A stretch of DNA of 61,830 bases, filler included, from Choristocarpus tenellus KU-1152 (Eukaryota; Protista; Phaeophyceae): assembly GCA_964200185.2 (NCBI GenBank). It is 11 parts of 11 records of this genome, joined end to end, with 100 filler letters (N's around TTAATTAATTAA, not from the genome) between each part and the next. Parts side by side here need not be neighbours in the genome. Positions count along the whole stretch, not along the records: positions 1 to 6,635 come from CAXNAD020007695.1; positions 6,736 to 12,137 come from CAXNAD020010903.1; positions 12,238 to 16,504 come from CAXNAD020015393.1; 8 more parts are not named here. One strand, given 5' to 3'. The position numbers and the translations under genes are program-made. Of the stretch, positions 1 to 12,641 are shown piece by piece. Below the pieces are notes generated by a model. That model did no database searches. It was not told the origin of the DNA and was given only the letters and a program-made list of their open reading frames with translations. Every line of letters starts with the position of its first letter. The stretch's first letter is position 1.

Positions 1-364
1 CATTTTCGGTCAAAACCATCCTCAATAGTACGCTCCATCCTCAATTTTTAAAATCCACTGTTAAGTACAGAAAGGGCCTTCGCTAAAATGTGGTGTCATT
101 TTGTGTGTGGAAAGGGAGAGTATCGATCGTATGGACACAATTATGAATCGTATGATTCTGTGGTGGCGTGGTTCAGTAAGGCAAGGGGCGGTGAAGAGAA
201 TCACAGGGCAAGATGGACCAGACGAACTGGTCCTCCAACCTTTGGCAATACTCTTTTGCCTCTCATAAAATGCGAACGACCTTTTTAAAGGTTGTTGCAT
301 GCATCTGAGGTGGGGCACATCATTCCGATGGTAGGGAGCCTCCTGCTGCGTAGATCCTATGGCT

Positions 365-635
365 GACTCACATGTTTCTGCTAGCTCATTTTCTCCCAAC
401 AAGCAAAGAAAATAATACAACTGTTGAGTACTTGTTACATGTCACAGTACGTTTGCAAGTATTGATTGCGATGCACTGACTGATATTTGGCAATTATATT
501 CGTGATAAGGATGTGATTCACACTTTCACATTTTACACTACCCATACAACGTAGGGTGAACAAGTACATTTAGTCCTGCCAGATTATACTCACTCACGAA
601 GAGTTCCCATCGATATATGTTCTAAACAGGGCTAG
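365..635 (+). repeat. Dispersed direct repeat; second copy about 3285-3555
   Basis: Both copies share actcacatgtttctgcta..cccaacaag..acaactgt.ga.tacttgttac..cattt..actaccca..atgtt.taaac.gggct. Confidence 0.75.
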
Positions 636-1969
636 GCCACGGGCCAGTCGAGACAAACTCTTCACCCATCCAACCAACCCTCTTAGGACATGTTTTACCC
701 TGACAGACCGGTGACCCGGTTTGGCTAAAATATTCATTTCTCCGATCCCAACCCGTTAAGTTGCAACAAATGTTCAGCTCAGACCAGTCCGGGATCCAGT
801 CCGGTTGCCCTCTCTGATGATCCAAGGACTGGTCCCGATATAGACATGTTTCATCCAGACCAGTCCCTGAACCGGTCCCGTCATTTGTTGCCGGTCCAGC
901 GTAAGGTATCATTAGTATAGATCCACATATCCCGATGCTGATGTCATGAAGGGAAATCTATGTTTTGTTTGAATGTAACATACTATTGTAAAATATCGTA
1001 TTGATGACAAAGGAGGATAGGGAAAAACTTTGAGGTTCTTACTGCCTCAGATGTATATGTCCATTCCTTGTCGGGAGTCTTGGATTCTAGTGGATGATCT
1101 TCACAGAGAGTGAGTCCATTGGACGCATTCAATAGACCAGTCCCATGAATGGATTTTCTTCATTTCAGACATACGACGAACCGAAGTATTTCCTTTGACG
1201 TTGCTTCCTGGCACTCTGATGGTCCACTTGAATGAGGTCCTCAATCTCTCCCCTCTCCGTCCTTGTCCTTGTCCAACTTTACCTCATCCCCTCGGTCAGG
1301 GTTCAACTTGCTTGACCTGGTCCAACTTCGATGGTGAGCCTCTTCAACACCATTCTCTGAATGATGACCACAATAGAGTCACAAGATTCGCATAGGAGAT
1401 ACTACACTATTATTACTGCTGGTGGTGTTGCTTGAGAGAAGTGTTGTCTAACTTCAAGTAGTAACGTAAAACTGGAGAAGAGTGTATTTTCTTCCCCTAC
1501 GCACTAGTGAGGAAGGATCGCTTCAAATCGAAATATCTTCCAAACAACATCGATAGAAATTATGTATCAGCAAGAATGGGAAATATGAAAATGGGTGCTT
1601 TGTGTCTGATGTGAGAGGGAATAATAGTAGAACGTTCATCGATAAGACCTACTTCCGATAATAAGTATCGGTGCTATACAAACATAAACTTTATGTAGTC
1701 ATACTCACTGAATTGTTTTGTAGATGCGTTGAACGGTTGAGGAAGGAGAGATAAGACAGAACAGCACATCTTCTTCTACCATCATCCATCCATACATATC
1801 TGTGTAGTTGTTTCCAACCAACTTGGTTCTTCAAATCAAGTACCATCCACTCCTTACACACTTTCATCAGAACTACACTCAACATTACACCAGCCCGGCA
1901 ATGTACAAGACAGACTGGCTGGACCGTGGTCATAGGCCAGTGTGTGGCCTGGTCAACCTTATCAACTCA

Positions 1970-2227
1970 GAGTGAAAGTATCTTAGAGGGTACGAATTTT
2001 TCCCTTTTTGTCCATTTGGGGCTTGGCTGCTGAAGGGTTTTCTTATGACGTCTTGCTACTCCTAAATGTTTAGGAGTAGGTAAAATGTTTAAGTTGTGAA
2101 AAAATGTGTGCAGAACATGGTTATTGACACCTCCTAACAAACACGATAGCCAAAAATACATCCAAATCGCAACATTGGATTTTGGCCCCAAATTGACGCG
2201 ACTCTACCCTCTAATATACTTTGGCTT
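1970..2227. mobile_element. MITE family B (about 258 bp), TIR ..AAAGTATCTTAGAGGGTA, 3-bp TSD TCA
   Basis: Ends read tca|gagtgaaagtatcttagagggtac ... taccctctaatatactttggctt|tca. Homologous copies occur at 6228-6488, 25593-25664 (partial, inverted) and about 59136-59388. Confidence 0.85.
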
Positions 2228-3994
2228 TCAATGGCTGGTCTGGCAAAACATATATTAACCTTTACGGTCTGCGGCCCTGTCCAATTTGAAGTCTCATCAG
2301 CTCCAGTGTGGTACTGTAAAGTAATATTTTACGCTCCCGATTCGGCTATATTATTGTGTGTGATGGTCCCGGAGTGGTACTCTTAAATCATAGTAGTATT
2401 TCCATTGTGGCCCTGTCAGAAGTGGTAAAAATGAACCTAAAAAATGAAAAGCTCTACCACAAAAGAGTGTAGAGGTCTATAGTCTAGTTGAAATAACCTA
2501 GTAGCAAATATTACAATGGAGTGTATAATTCTCGATGAGTATTGGTGAGGGATGAGTGCCTTCTATGTCCCTCATCACAACCCTTTTCATACATTGATTA
2601 ATTATGAGCCATAAAGGGTGAAGGGATTAAGGGATGGGGGTCCACCGTCCAGAGCACAGCGAGAAGGCACTGATCGCTTCCTTGCGATGAGCAAAGTAGT
2701 GACAGCGACAGTATAATCAGCAACACATCACACACACTGCCATCCCTGCCCAGGCTTACAACCTCTCTTGATGAACAACTCAGTATTGAGAAGGGCCAGT
2801 CTGAACAATCTGCCGATGGTACAAATAGGCTAGGTATGGATTCTGGTCCAAGTCAGAAGGAATGTGTGTTTGACCATCAGGAATATTGTACAGTGATAGA
2901 TGTAGTAGTTGGGATTGACGACACGACCTAACAAGGATATATCTCCTGTCTTGAATTTCTTCACCATCTTTGTTGCAATGAAAGGAGGTCACAATATCGA
3001 ATTCACCTTCTTGTTTTGAAGTCAGATATCTGCTGAAGCGTATGCGCCAGGAAAAGATAGATCACTGCTACGAGGGTGACAGGTGCAAGTACTTGGCTGC
3101 AGCAACGGCAATTAGGTCAAGTTGAAAGCACAAAAGGGACCGTGGTAACCCGCTTGCAAGTACTCGCTGGATTCATCCTGCAAGTTTTGTGACGATCATC
3201 TACTCGACCTCCATGTATAATGGTGAAGGAGAACGTTCAAGCAACAAGGAGATTGCGCAGATCTTATCACAGATCTTATTGCCAACTCACATGTTTCTGC
3301 TAACTGATTTTCGCCCAACAAGTGTAAGTAGTACAACTGTCGAATACTTGTTACTTGTCAAAGAATTATTTGAAGTATTGTATTTGTGGTATTATACTGA
3401 CATTTTCCAGATACGTGTCTAACAATTAAAATATTGAATTCACATTTTGACATTTTGAACTACCCACACTTCATGAGGCGAACAACTTTTAGTATGAACA
3501 AGTCATACTCGCTCAGGGAGCATACCTATCACAAAGATGTTATAAACGGGGCTGTGCAACAGCCCGGTCCGATATTACCCTTTGCTGGTCCCGGTTCGGC
3601 CCTCTCAAGACTTGAAACATATTACCCGTACCAGTGCAATTTGAAATCTCAATGGCTCCGGTCTTACCCATATTCAGTTGTACGCTAACAAATGTATTTA
3701 CAGGGGCAATCAACAACTGAATATATTCGTTAACGTACAACTTAGCGCTTTTTATCACCCCTCAGGACTGATTGAACAATGCCATGCCTCACTAACAATA
3801 ATGGATAGAATGTTAATAAAACAGAACATATCTTATGGAAGTACCGTATCATTGGCGACAGCTATTGTATTTACACCAGTAATCCATGCAAAATAGTTTT
3901 GATTTTTCCATGACACATCTTCGTAATATATTAGAGACTGTTTGCCAAGTGAAGTTCATTTGATAGATGTTTATATGTTCAACTGTCGTACGGC

Positions 3995-4230
3995 AAAGTT
4001 CTGTGTGAAGAGGGGTGATGAGAACCACCAGAGATGAGGTTTGGGAAAGAAGTGATAGATGGGACCGAGCCATGTTGGGCATGCGTTGAGAGCCTCAAAG
4101 TGACATGTTGATCAATCCCCGGCTTTGCAGGTTTGAATCCACCTTTCATGTCAAGGTCACCACGAGCCAGTTGTGCATCTGACCTACACCATATCACCTT
4201 GACTGGCCTCCACGGCAAAAGGTGGCACAC
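3995..4230 (-). repeat. Dispersed repeat; inverted copy about 17300-17565
   Basis: 'aacctcatctctggtggttctcatcacccctc..cacacagaac' is shared, giving near-identical ORF-track peptides (NLISGGSHHPSSHRT) at both loci. Confidence 0.8.
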
Positions 4231-5598
4231 GGAATGCCTATCACTGCACGTGTTGTTTTATATCAATGTTTTGGATATCTCAAACAGGACCTGTCCCTGA
4301 CATTACCTCCCCTTGAGTGTGGAGTTTATTTGACACAAACATAAAAGTGACTGGCCGGCAGCTTCATGTCGGATGGGGCGTTGGGACAAAATCTCCTGGT
4401 TGTTCAAGCAATAGGGAAACAGGTGGAGGAGTAGTGGGGGTTGTCAGCCCCAGTGGTAACACTGCAGTCTAAAGAATGAATATCTGTTAACAGGTGAAAA
4501 GTGTAGCAAGAAAAATGACGTGGACCAGTCCGCCTCCTAAATGCCCGAGGGATTTCAGCAGCGGATGAACCTCAGTATCACCACAGCTTTGGTATCATCC
4601 ATCTTCCAATAGGATTGTTGTCGGGGCTGTGTCCAGAGTGATGATTGAAAAAAACATCATCTCTTACTGTCACCTGGTCCATCAGATTGCCAACCAAGGT
4701 GCTCTGAACACCAGAGGAATTTGTTGGACTTAAAACTGTTTTGTTTTGTATGCACATTACAAATATTTTGAAAAAGTAAAATGAACTGGAAATTATCCAT
4801 GCTTCTTCACAGGTAGGACCAACCTGTGCTTAGTTCTCTGGATTGGAGCTGCTTTACTATCCTATCAGCCTGAGTCATCATCTGATAGATAAACTCGGAA
4901 AATACCACCCAGACTGTGTCGTGGTGTTGTCCTCAAGAACCATTGGCATCACTTCTGTAATCTTGGAATTGAAACCGGAATATCTTGTCTATCTGTGGAC
5001 TCTGACTGCAAATCATCAGGCTGCCAACCTGCTAGTATAGAGGAATCAGTCACACACACACCTGTTCACATTGAGAGTTGCCATAAACATTAGGGGAGGC
5101 AGAGTTGCTTGTAAATGAATGTCCAGTTGGAGGTAAATCAACTTCTTCAGCTGTTCCAAGATCAGGAGCATTTCCTTGATGACTAGTTGCTTGATTAACA
5201 GCTTCTACATTAGGATGTCCAATTTGTTCTCTTCCCTGTACATCGCGGTTATATTGATAGAGCTAACAAAGGGGACCAAGTCATTTGCTACACTATTGAT
5301 TTCACCTAAACGGTCCACACATAACTCATAGGTGGGTTGCCATAATCACTCGAAGGCACATTTTTTGGTGTTGCAAAATATTTTAGTTTGGAAGGGGGGA
5401 GTAAGTCCAAAAATGATCCTATCCCAGTATTACTGGTATCAACATGTATGAAAAATCCTTTAAAACTTGGAAAAGGGCAGAGGACTGGAGCCACTGACAG
5501 AAATATTTTGCATTCTTCAAAAGCAGTTTGTTGTGGCGGCCTCCGTATAGATGTAGTACTACTCTTATCATTTGTCAGTATATTCCACGTGGTATGAT

Positions 5599-5781
5599 AG
5601 GTCAAAGTATCTAGGTGGGGGGGATGTCGGCGTCCGTTTTTCACCCTTTTTTTCGATTTTCGCTTTTTTGATGCAATTTGGTCACACGTGTCGGATTTGA
5701 AGTGTCAGCAAATAAAATAATTATTTGACCGAAACAGACGCCCCTTCACAAACCACCCCACCCCCCCAGATACTTTGACCC
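5599..5781. mobile_element. MITE family A' (about 180 bp), TIR CAAAGTATCT-(G)n
   Basis: Ends read aggtcaaagtatctaggtggggggg ... ccccccccagatactttgaccc. A partial inverted copy lies at 16605-16662. Confidence 0.8.
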
Positions 5782-6227
5782 TGATCGTTTTTGGTACTTT
5801 CCTTTGAGTATAGCGAATGAATATCACCAACAGTACTGCACCAGTTGCTAAGTGAGGAAGGTATTTTCTCACAAATTAATGGAACCCAAGAATGATCGTA
5901 GGCCAATCACTGTTTGAGGGGAGTACATTCCTAAAATAATCTGAACATGAGCTTGAGATATACTGTAGCTGTTCCATTCTGGGCTGACATCATGTCCCAA
6001 ATAATGGTTTGTTCTGAGTCACTAAGCGCCCTGGTTGGCTTCACTAAACCCCTACAGTTTCTAAGGTCGATAGTGCTATTGTGATTAATTGATGAACATT
6101 GTGTCCAAGTTGGAGAGGGCAAAAAAATATGATCAAAATATACCAATAACCCAGGCAAGGACTGATTGCAGTAAAAGTTTCATACATGAAGCATTGAAAG
6201 ATCCACAGTCCACACTGTACTCCAAAT

Positions 6228-6488
6228 GATCTTGAAGTATCTTAGAGGGTACGAGTTTTGCCCTGTTTGTCCATTTGGGGCTTGGCTTGCCACGAGGTTT
6301 TGATGACATTTTCCTACTCTGAAATTGTTTTGGAGTATTCAAAATGTCTACGTTATGAAAAGGTGTGTCCGGAACAAGGATCTTGACAATTCCTAACAAA
6401 CACGATGGCCACAATTACATCTAAATCGCAACATTGGGTTTTGGTTCCTCAAATAGACACAAATCTACCCACCAAGATACGTTGACTC
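6228..6488. mobile_element. MITE family B copy, TSD AAT, inserted in the Gypsy relic
   Basis: Ends read aat|gatcttgaagtatcttagagggtac...ctacccaccaagatacgttgactc|aat. The interior aligns with 1970-2227. Confidence 0.8.
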
Positions 6489-6635
6489 AATGGTATCCTC
6501 TAAAACTTCTATCTACCATCTGCTGTGATTGAAACAGATTTTTGTTGTTTGCATTCCTCAGTTACAGTAATCGCCAATAGACCCGATTGGATATGTAGAC
6601 AAGAAAACACTCCAAATCTCAAGTCCACACTAGAG

Positions 6636-6735
6636 NNNNNNNNNNNNNNNNNNNNNNNNNNNNNNNNNNNNNNNNNNNNTTAATTAATTAANNNNNNNNN
6701 NNNNNNNNNNNNNNNNNNNNNNNNNNNNNNNNNNN
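6636..6735. other. Artificial contig linker (44 N + TTAATTAATTAA + 44 N); one of ten
   Basis: Identical 100-nt spacers, with stops in all six frames, at 6636-6735, 12138-12237, 16505-16604, 19478-19577, 22896-22995, 25665-25764, 28717-28816, 42475-42574, 45196-45295 and 50436-50535. Several contigs end in poly-G/C or poly-A tracts or inside MITEs. Confidence 0.98.
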
Positions 6736-6884
6736 CCCCACCCCCCCCCCCACCTTCACCATATTTTTTCCTCCCCCCCCCCCCGGCCGCAGAAAACATT
6801 TTTTTTCCCCCCCCCCCCCCCCCCCCCCCCAACACGCACAAAAAATTGAACCAAACACACACCACCACAAGCAGTGACCCCAAC

Positions 6885-7066
6885 GGTCACAGAGCAAATC
6901 CATTTGCCAGCATAGAATATCGAATGGCCACAGAGCAGATTCAATGGCCCACGTAGCATATCCAACGGCCACAGAGCAGATCAAATGGCCCATGTAGCAT
7001 ATCAAATGGCCACAAAGTATATCCGATGACCACAGAACAGATCCCATGGCCACAGAACAGATGGCA
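6885..7066 (+). repeat. Minisatellite, about 20-bp unit (cacagagcagatcaaatggc), about 8-9 diverged copies
   Basis: Direct reading of the tandem units. Confidence 0.85.
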
Positions 7067-7732
7067 CACGCAGGGGCAAAACCGGCGGTCCAGAGCCAGA
7101 CGGAAGATTGTCATTGGCGTATTTATTAATACTAATAATAATAAATGCAGGAGACACAGCGGGCTCTGAGGAAAAATGTAACTCTCAAAAAGAACTCAAG
7201 GAGAAAGTATCAAGAGGAGTGGGTAAGGCGAACTCACAATTCATGAACAAGAAAAAAGAAAAGAAAAACGCCTTCTCTTGATTCGACACACAGTGTCGGT
7301 ACCCAAAAACAAACACAGGAAAGATGCTTCCTATTCCTACTCCCATTCCCATTCCCATTCCCTTTACAACATAGCACAAGAGTTCTCTTCATAACGAAGT
7401 GAGGATCCCTTAGGTCATACATGATATCTGCAATACCAGACCCGCACTCATATGGGTCTATTGACTCGGTCTCACCTGTTTTGCTTTATGGGTCTTCAGG
7501 GACAGGAGGGATCATCAGGCCTGCTGCATCCAACCTCTGTCTGCCCCAGCATCATCAGTAGGTCGGGTGGGGTTTCTACACCTAAACCTCGCTCAACAAT
7601 TTATAAATATACAAAAACAGATATCAACCCAACTCAAAAAACAATACCTCAGGCGGGGGGGAAGGGGGGGACAGATTCTTCGGCTTGTCTGGACAAGAAA
7701 AGGGAACGAGCCTCCCCCAGCTGGTCACACAC

Positions 7733-8981
7733 CCGACTTGATGGGGGTCATGCCAGCCACGCTCGACAGGTTCACCACAGAGGCTCCCTTCTCTGCCCGG
7801 CATAAGAAAGGGTGCACGGCCTAATACAGCAATAGAGCAACATGCAAAAGAGCAAGTACAAAAAACTTGAGATGTCCCAGGCAAGAACGGGTCGATGGGG
7901 ACATTAAAAAATAAAAAAATGAGGACGAGACGCTTCGACGCCTTTTGCATCCTCTCCTGGCTCAGAGGTTAATTAATGGACACTGTGTTACCTTCCTTCA
8001 CAACAACAAAAATAAAAAGGACAGGGCAAAGCCTTGAAGAAGAAGAAGAAGAAGAAAAGAGAAATAAAAAGAGATAAAATATCTGGGGTAGTTGGGGGAG
8101 GACACACTTCCCCCCCAAACCTTCTCATGCAATCACTGCTACGGCTAGGAATACTACAATACACCCTCTGTTCAGCATCACTGTTCAGCATCAGTTGAAA
8201 CAGTTAGCGGTAGAGACTAAAAAAGCGAGAGGTGGCGCATCAGATTCCAATCACTATTGGGGGGGGGGGGGGTCTTGCAAAAGACTCGGTATGAGGTATA
8301 CCCCAAAAATATCAGCGAAATACGATGTAGTCTATTAATTATTCTACATCGACCGCTTCGAACCTCCAAGAAACGCCTTCCCCTGTCAGTATTTTTTTCC
8401 TGTCGTGTGTTGGAGGGGTGTTTGAACTGATGCTGATAAACAAAGAGAGTCAGTCCTTTCCTTATCTTTTTCTCAGAACAGCAGGTTTTTCAAAATTATT
8501 TTTCTTTTTTCTAAAGCCCTTTCTCGAGGAACAGACAGCCAACTCTACTCAAGGGGTCTCCCTCGCCCATTGCTTCCACAGACAAACCAAAAAACAAACA
8601 AAAAACAAATGGAGATCGGTCGAACGGTATGATGTCAGGGTGTCATACCGTTAACGGTATTCTAAAACTCTACTACTCATACCACAAAGAAGTTTCTACC
8701 AAGGTCAATCGCACCATACCGTCTGCCAAAGGCCACAACCGATCCTGCCGTTAAGGGTGTTCGTCATGACTAGGAAGGCCTTTGTCCTTCCAAAGTGTAC
8801 TTCAAAGTATCAAGGAATCGAGCCACAGTCTGCTGACCTTGGTCAGGAGGAAAGTCGGGCAAAGATTGAAGTCCATTATATGTCGGTACTCCTCTTCTGT
8901 GTACTCCAACGAGGGCTTCCGTATGACCGTTCCAACGTTGTTGACTAGGATGTCAAGACGGTCATTGAACAGTTCGCTCGC
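7733..8981 (-). CDS. Tropinone-reductase-like short-chain dehydrogenase/reductase (internal exons; partial)
   Basis: Exon 8981-8838 (ccaag|..|gtcagc) encodes ASELFNDRLDILVNNVGTVIRKPSLEYTEEEYRHIMDFNLCPTFLLTK. It splices in phase 0 to exon 7820-7733 (attag|..|gtgtgt), encoding AVHPFLCRAEKGASVVNLSSVAGMTPIKS(G). LDILVNNVG and VVNLSSVAG are classical SDR motifs, and the NNVG-T-x-RK variant is typical of tropinone reductases. Confidence 0.9.
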
Positions 8982-10009
8982 CTTGGACAAGTCAGGGGCA
9001 GCAGGGCAGGGCAGGGCAGGGCAGGGCAGGGGAGGGGAAGGGAGAAGGGCCTCTCTCTCCATAACCAAGGTTGATCATTGTCCTACGACTCTTCACCCCT
9101 AATGACCACCATGTCACACAATCACCTTTTGAACAAAATATTTTATAATCTGTGTGAGGGTTGGAATTGGCAATCAGAGAAGTACATTATATATATATAT
9201 ATATTTAATTGTCAGAAGGCTAAACTTGAGGTCAAACCGTTGATTCCCATCAACCAGATATTATCAACCAGATATAATCGACCAGATATTTGGGGAGCTC
9301 GGCGAATCGGTGGATGATATCTATAAGGTATATACCACCAACGCACAGATACGTATATATATATATATACCAATGACGGTATATGCTCAACTCTTCATAC
9401 CGTTGTCGATTTTTTTCACAATCACACTGTATCACCGACTTCCCCGAGTGAAGAAGATTTGACAAAAAGAGGTATAGTCCCCCTGTCTTAGGTCCAAAGG
9501 GGGGTGGGGGTATAGTACAGCACTATTGAAGATGAAAAAAGACTCTTTCATCTGGTTCTTTGAAACCAATGAGCATAACGTGTGAGACATTAAGCAGGCA
9601 TGCACAACTGTAAACAAGTCTGGTCTACCTACATTTCACCACCAATGTTCAACAAGCACACCCTTTTTTTTTGTTGGGCAACACTTGACAACAGACAACA
9701 ACACCAGCACATTCTTCATAATCTTACCACAAAGGTGAGTCCCCCTAAAGACATTCTGGACGTGTCTCCAAGCTGCAGAACCCCCCCCCATTCTCTACCC
9801 TCCGAGACTGCTTCGATAGGTGTATGTATACCAACGGGTGGATTCAAGTTGGGGGGACATCACAAACACAATCAATAATACTGCGGGAGGGTTTGGTGCT
9901 TGTCCATGAGAGATTCAAATCGACACCGGACACTGGAGGGCATTCAGAACGCACCAGACAAAGTCTAGAACAATAGTAATAATAATAATAATAACAAAAC
10001 AACAATAAC

Positions 10010-10190
10010 GGCTCACGGTATCTAGGGGGGGGGGGGGTCTACACCGGACCTGGTGTCCATTCGGGCCCTAACCAGGAGAAGTGCACTTGCATTATCCATC
10101 CGACGCATGCAACCAAATCACCCAAAAATCGCGACATGGAAAAATGGCCCCAAATGGACAGCCGCCACCCCCCCCCAGATGCTTTGAGTC
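10010..10190. mobile_element. MITE family A (about 180 bp)
   Basis: Ends read ggctcacggtatctagggggg...ccccagatgctttgagtc. The interior matches 24076-24258. Confidence 0.82.
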
Positions 10191-12290
10191 AGCATCAACA
10201 ACGTTGTCCACACAAGATCTCCTGCAATCGCTCTACATAATTTTTATTATTATCACTATACAACAAACGCAATCTTTCAACAACAAAAACAATATTAATA
10301 ATAAAAATTAAAATCAAAGTACTAGTAATAACCCTGACCCTAACACCATACGTGTGTGTATGGTACACTAATGTGGAAGGGCGTAGTAGGCTGATACAAG
10401 TGAAAACAGTGTACGGCATCTAACAATAGGTTAATACGCTAACTTGGGGTTTGGACAAAAGATAGGCGAGCGCAGGGAGCAGAAGGGGACTCTTTTAATA
10501 GGCTATCAGAAAAAAAAAACACACACACACACACACTTTTCATTTTCTCTGAAGTACAAAATAGGAGTGCTTTGACAGGGGCAAAGGAACTCTTCATTAT
10601 TTACGCACTATTCTTTTTCTTTGCAACGTTCAAAAAAAAATTTAAGACCTTTTTTTTTTGTATCACACATCACTACTACCACAATGTTTTTAAATCCGTC
10701 AACAAATTTCCGAAAAATTCAAACAGAACGTGCTTTCTCGAAGGAAGCAAGGTGTCAAAGAACATCATCGCATGTCACCATTGGCCATATGAGAAATAGC
10801 AACAAAAATAATCCATGAGAAGTCTCCAAAACCAACAAAAAAACAACACACGCCTTCAAGGGATTGAGGTATCCAAGAACATCCCAACAAACAAAACAGC
10901 CCCGCACGTAAAACCCTCAACCCTAACCCTAACCGTGATCCTTTCGACCCATCTAGTCCAATGACACGCAAGGGGTATACCCCCCTTTGGACCACTGCGA
11001 TCTACAGTAACAATACATTTTTCAAGAAATCAATTTGAAGAGAACAAGGGTTAGGGTTAGGGTCCTTCAGATCATGTAGTAATACACCTCCTATGGGATC
11101 TTGAAAATAGAACTCTTTGCTCTTAACTCCAGATTTCAAGTACAGTAGTTTCTATTATAACAGGCGAAATCTCCACACCTTTAGTTACTAGCTAGGTAGT
11201 CACTCCACCTCCACCAAACAAGGAGTTACTCCCACAAGAACACAATTTCCTTGAAATAGTCCATCTAATTCTAACCCTAACAACAACTTGCTAAATATAT
11301 CATACTTCAAACTACTGTTTCAAAAAACCCGATGGCGTTCCCTATGCCGCCTCACACATTGCTCAGGCGTTTCCTAGAACACAATTCGATAGTGAGGTAT
11401 CACACATTAAACACTCCAGGAGACCAACTGAGCTTTCTCAGAGCTAACCCGAAGCAAGTCTATCTTTACCCAGTCCAGTTAGGCTGATGGCAACAAGGAT
11501 CGCCTACCACTGTTAGGAAAACCATCACCGTGGGGCAGAGAAAGGTGACTGGACAACAGCAACCTATCATAGAGTAACTAGGAGTAACTGTAAGTTAAGC
11601 CATCCACAGTAGCTCTCACACTCTATCCCTCTCTCTCTCTCCCTCCCCCCCCCCCCTCCTCCAGTTCTAAGGACAAAAATTAAACAAGCTCTCACTTACA
11701 GCATGTTCTACAACCTTTTAAGTCAGGGACAGTACTAATCCTGGGAGATGAGGAAGTGTAAAACGTCTCCTACCACTTACACTCACATAATATGCTTGGC
11801 ATTCCAAGTCAAATCAGAAACTCAACTATATATGCACATAAATATGTCCACAAGTTTGTGACACTGGAGAGTAACTTGCACCCCAAAATCTGCACTCGCT
11901 CAACCCGTGAAAAAACAATATATATATATATATATAACCTGCTCCCTTACTTTCCTCCCTGACTTTGTCTGCATTCCACGAGCACAGCTCTTTATTAAAA
12001 AAATTAAAGAAGGGTGCTCAGTTGGCACAGAACTGGTTAACACAGATTATCACCCAACACTGGCTGTTTACACCACTGTCTATTCTTGTATCAGGGGGGG
12101 GGGGGTTGACAGCATCCGAATAGAGCAGCAAGCAACANNNNNNNNNNNNNNNNNNNNNNNNNNNNNNNNNNNNNNNNNNNNTTAATTAATTAANNNNNNN
12201 NNNNNNNNNNNNNNNNNNNNNNNNNNNNNNNNNNNNNAGTTTTTGGTGTTTTGGTGTTTGTTTGGGTGTGTTTTTTTTTTGTTTTTTGTT

Positions 12291-12338
<48 letters not shown>

Positions 12339-12641
12339 AAGAGGGAGGAGTTGTGTGCCAAGGAAGTAAATGCATTGATTCGTACAGAGGTCTGAACTTG
12401 TGACATCCCTAAAATCATATCATACTTTATGTTTGACGGCACTATCACATTTTCAAGTGTCCAGTTACCCCCCTTTCAATGTGCTTTTTTACCTACCTGC
12501 TCTTTTTCCTGCTGTCCATTTTATTTTATTTTTACCAACAAGAAAATTAAAAACAGTGAAAATAAAAACTAGTTCTGTCCACCACCCCCCCCCCCCCCCC
12601 CCCCTCCAAAAAAAAAACAAAAAAAAAAAACAAAAAATGAG

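Larger units (their letters stand above)
4480..6540 (-). mobile_element. Highly decayed Ty3/Gypsy pol relic, interrupted by two MITEs
   Basis: Remnants 'GLLVYFDHI' (RT YxDD site, about 6150) and 'APVL..FPSFKGFFIHVDTSNTGIG' (RNase H, about 5420-5490) parallel the 19.6-20.2 kb element. There are many stops. Confidence 0.7.

Noticed and set aside
6885-7066. CRISPR-like array
   Set aside because: Units are directly tandem with no unique spacers, there are no cas genes, and the context is eukaryotic. It is a minisatellite.
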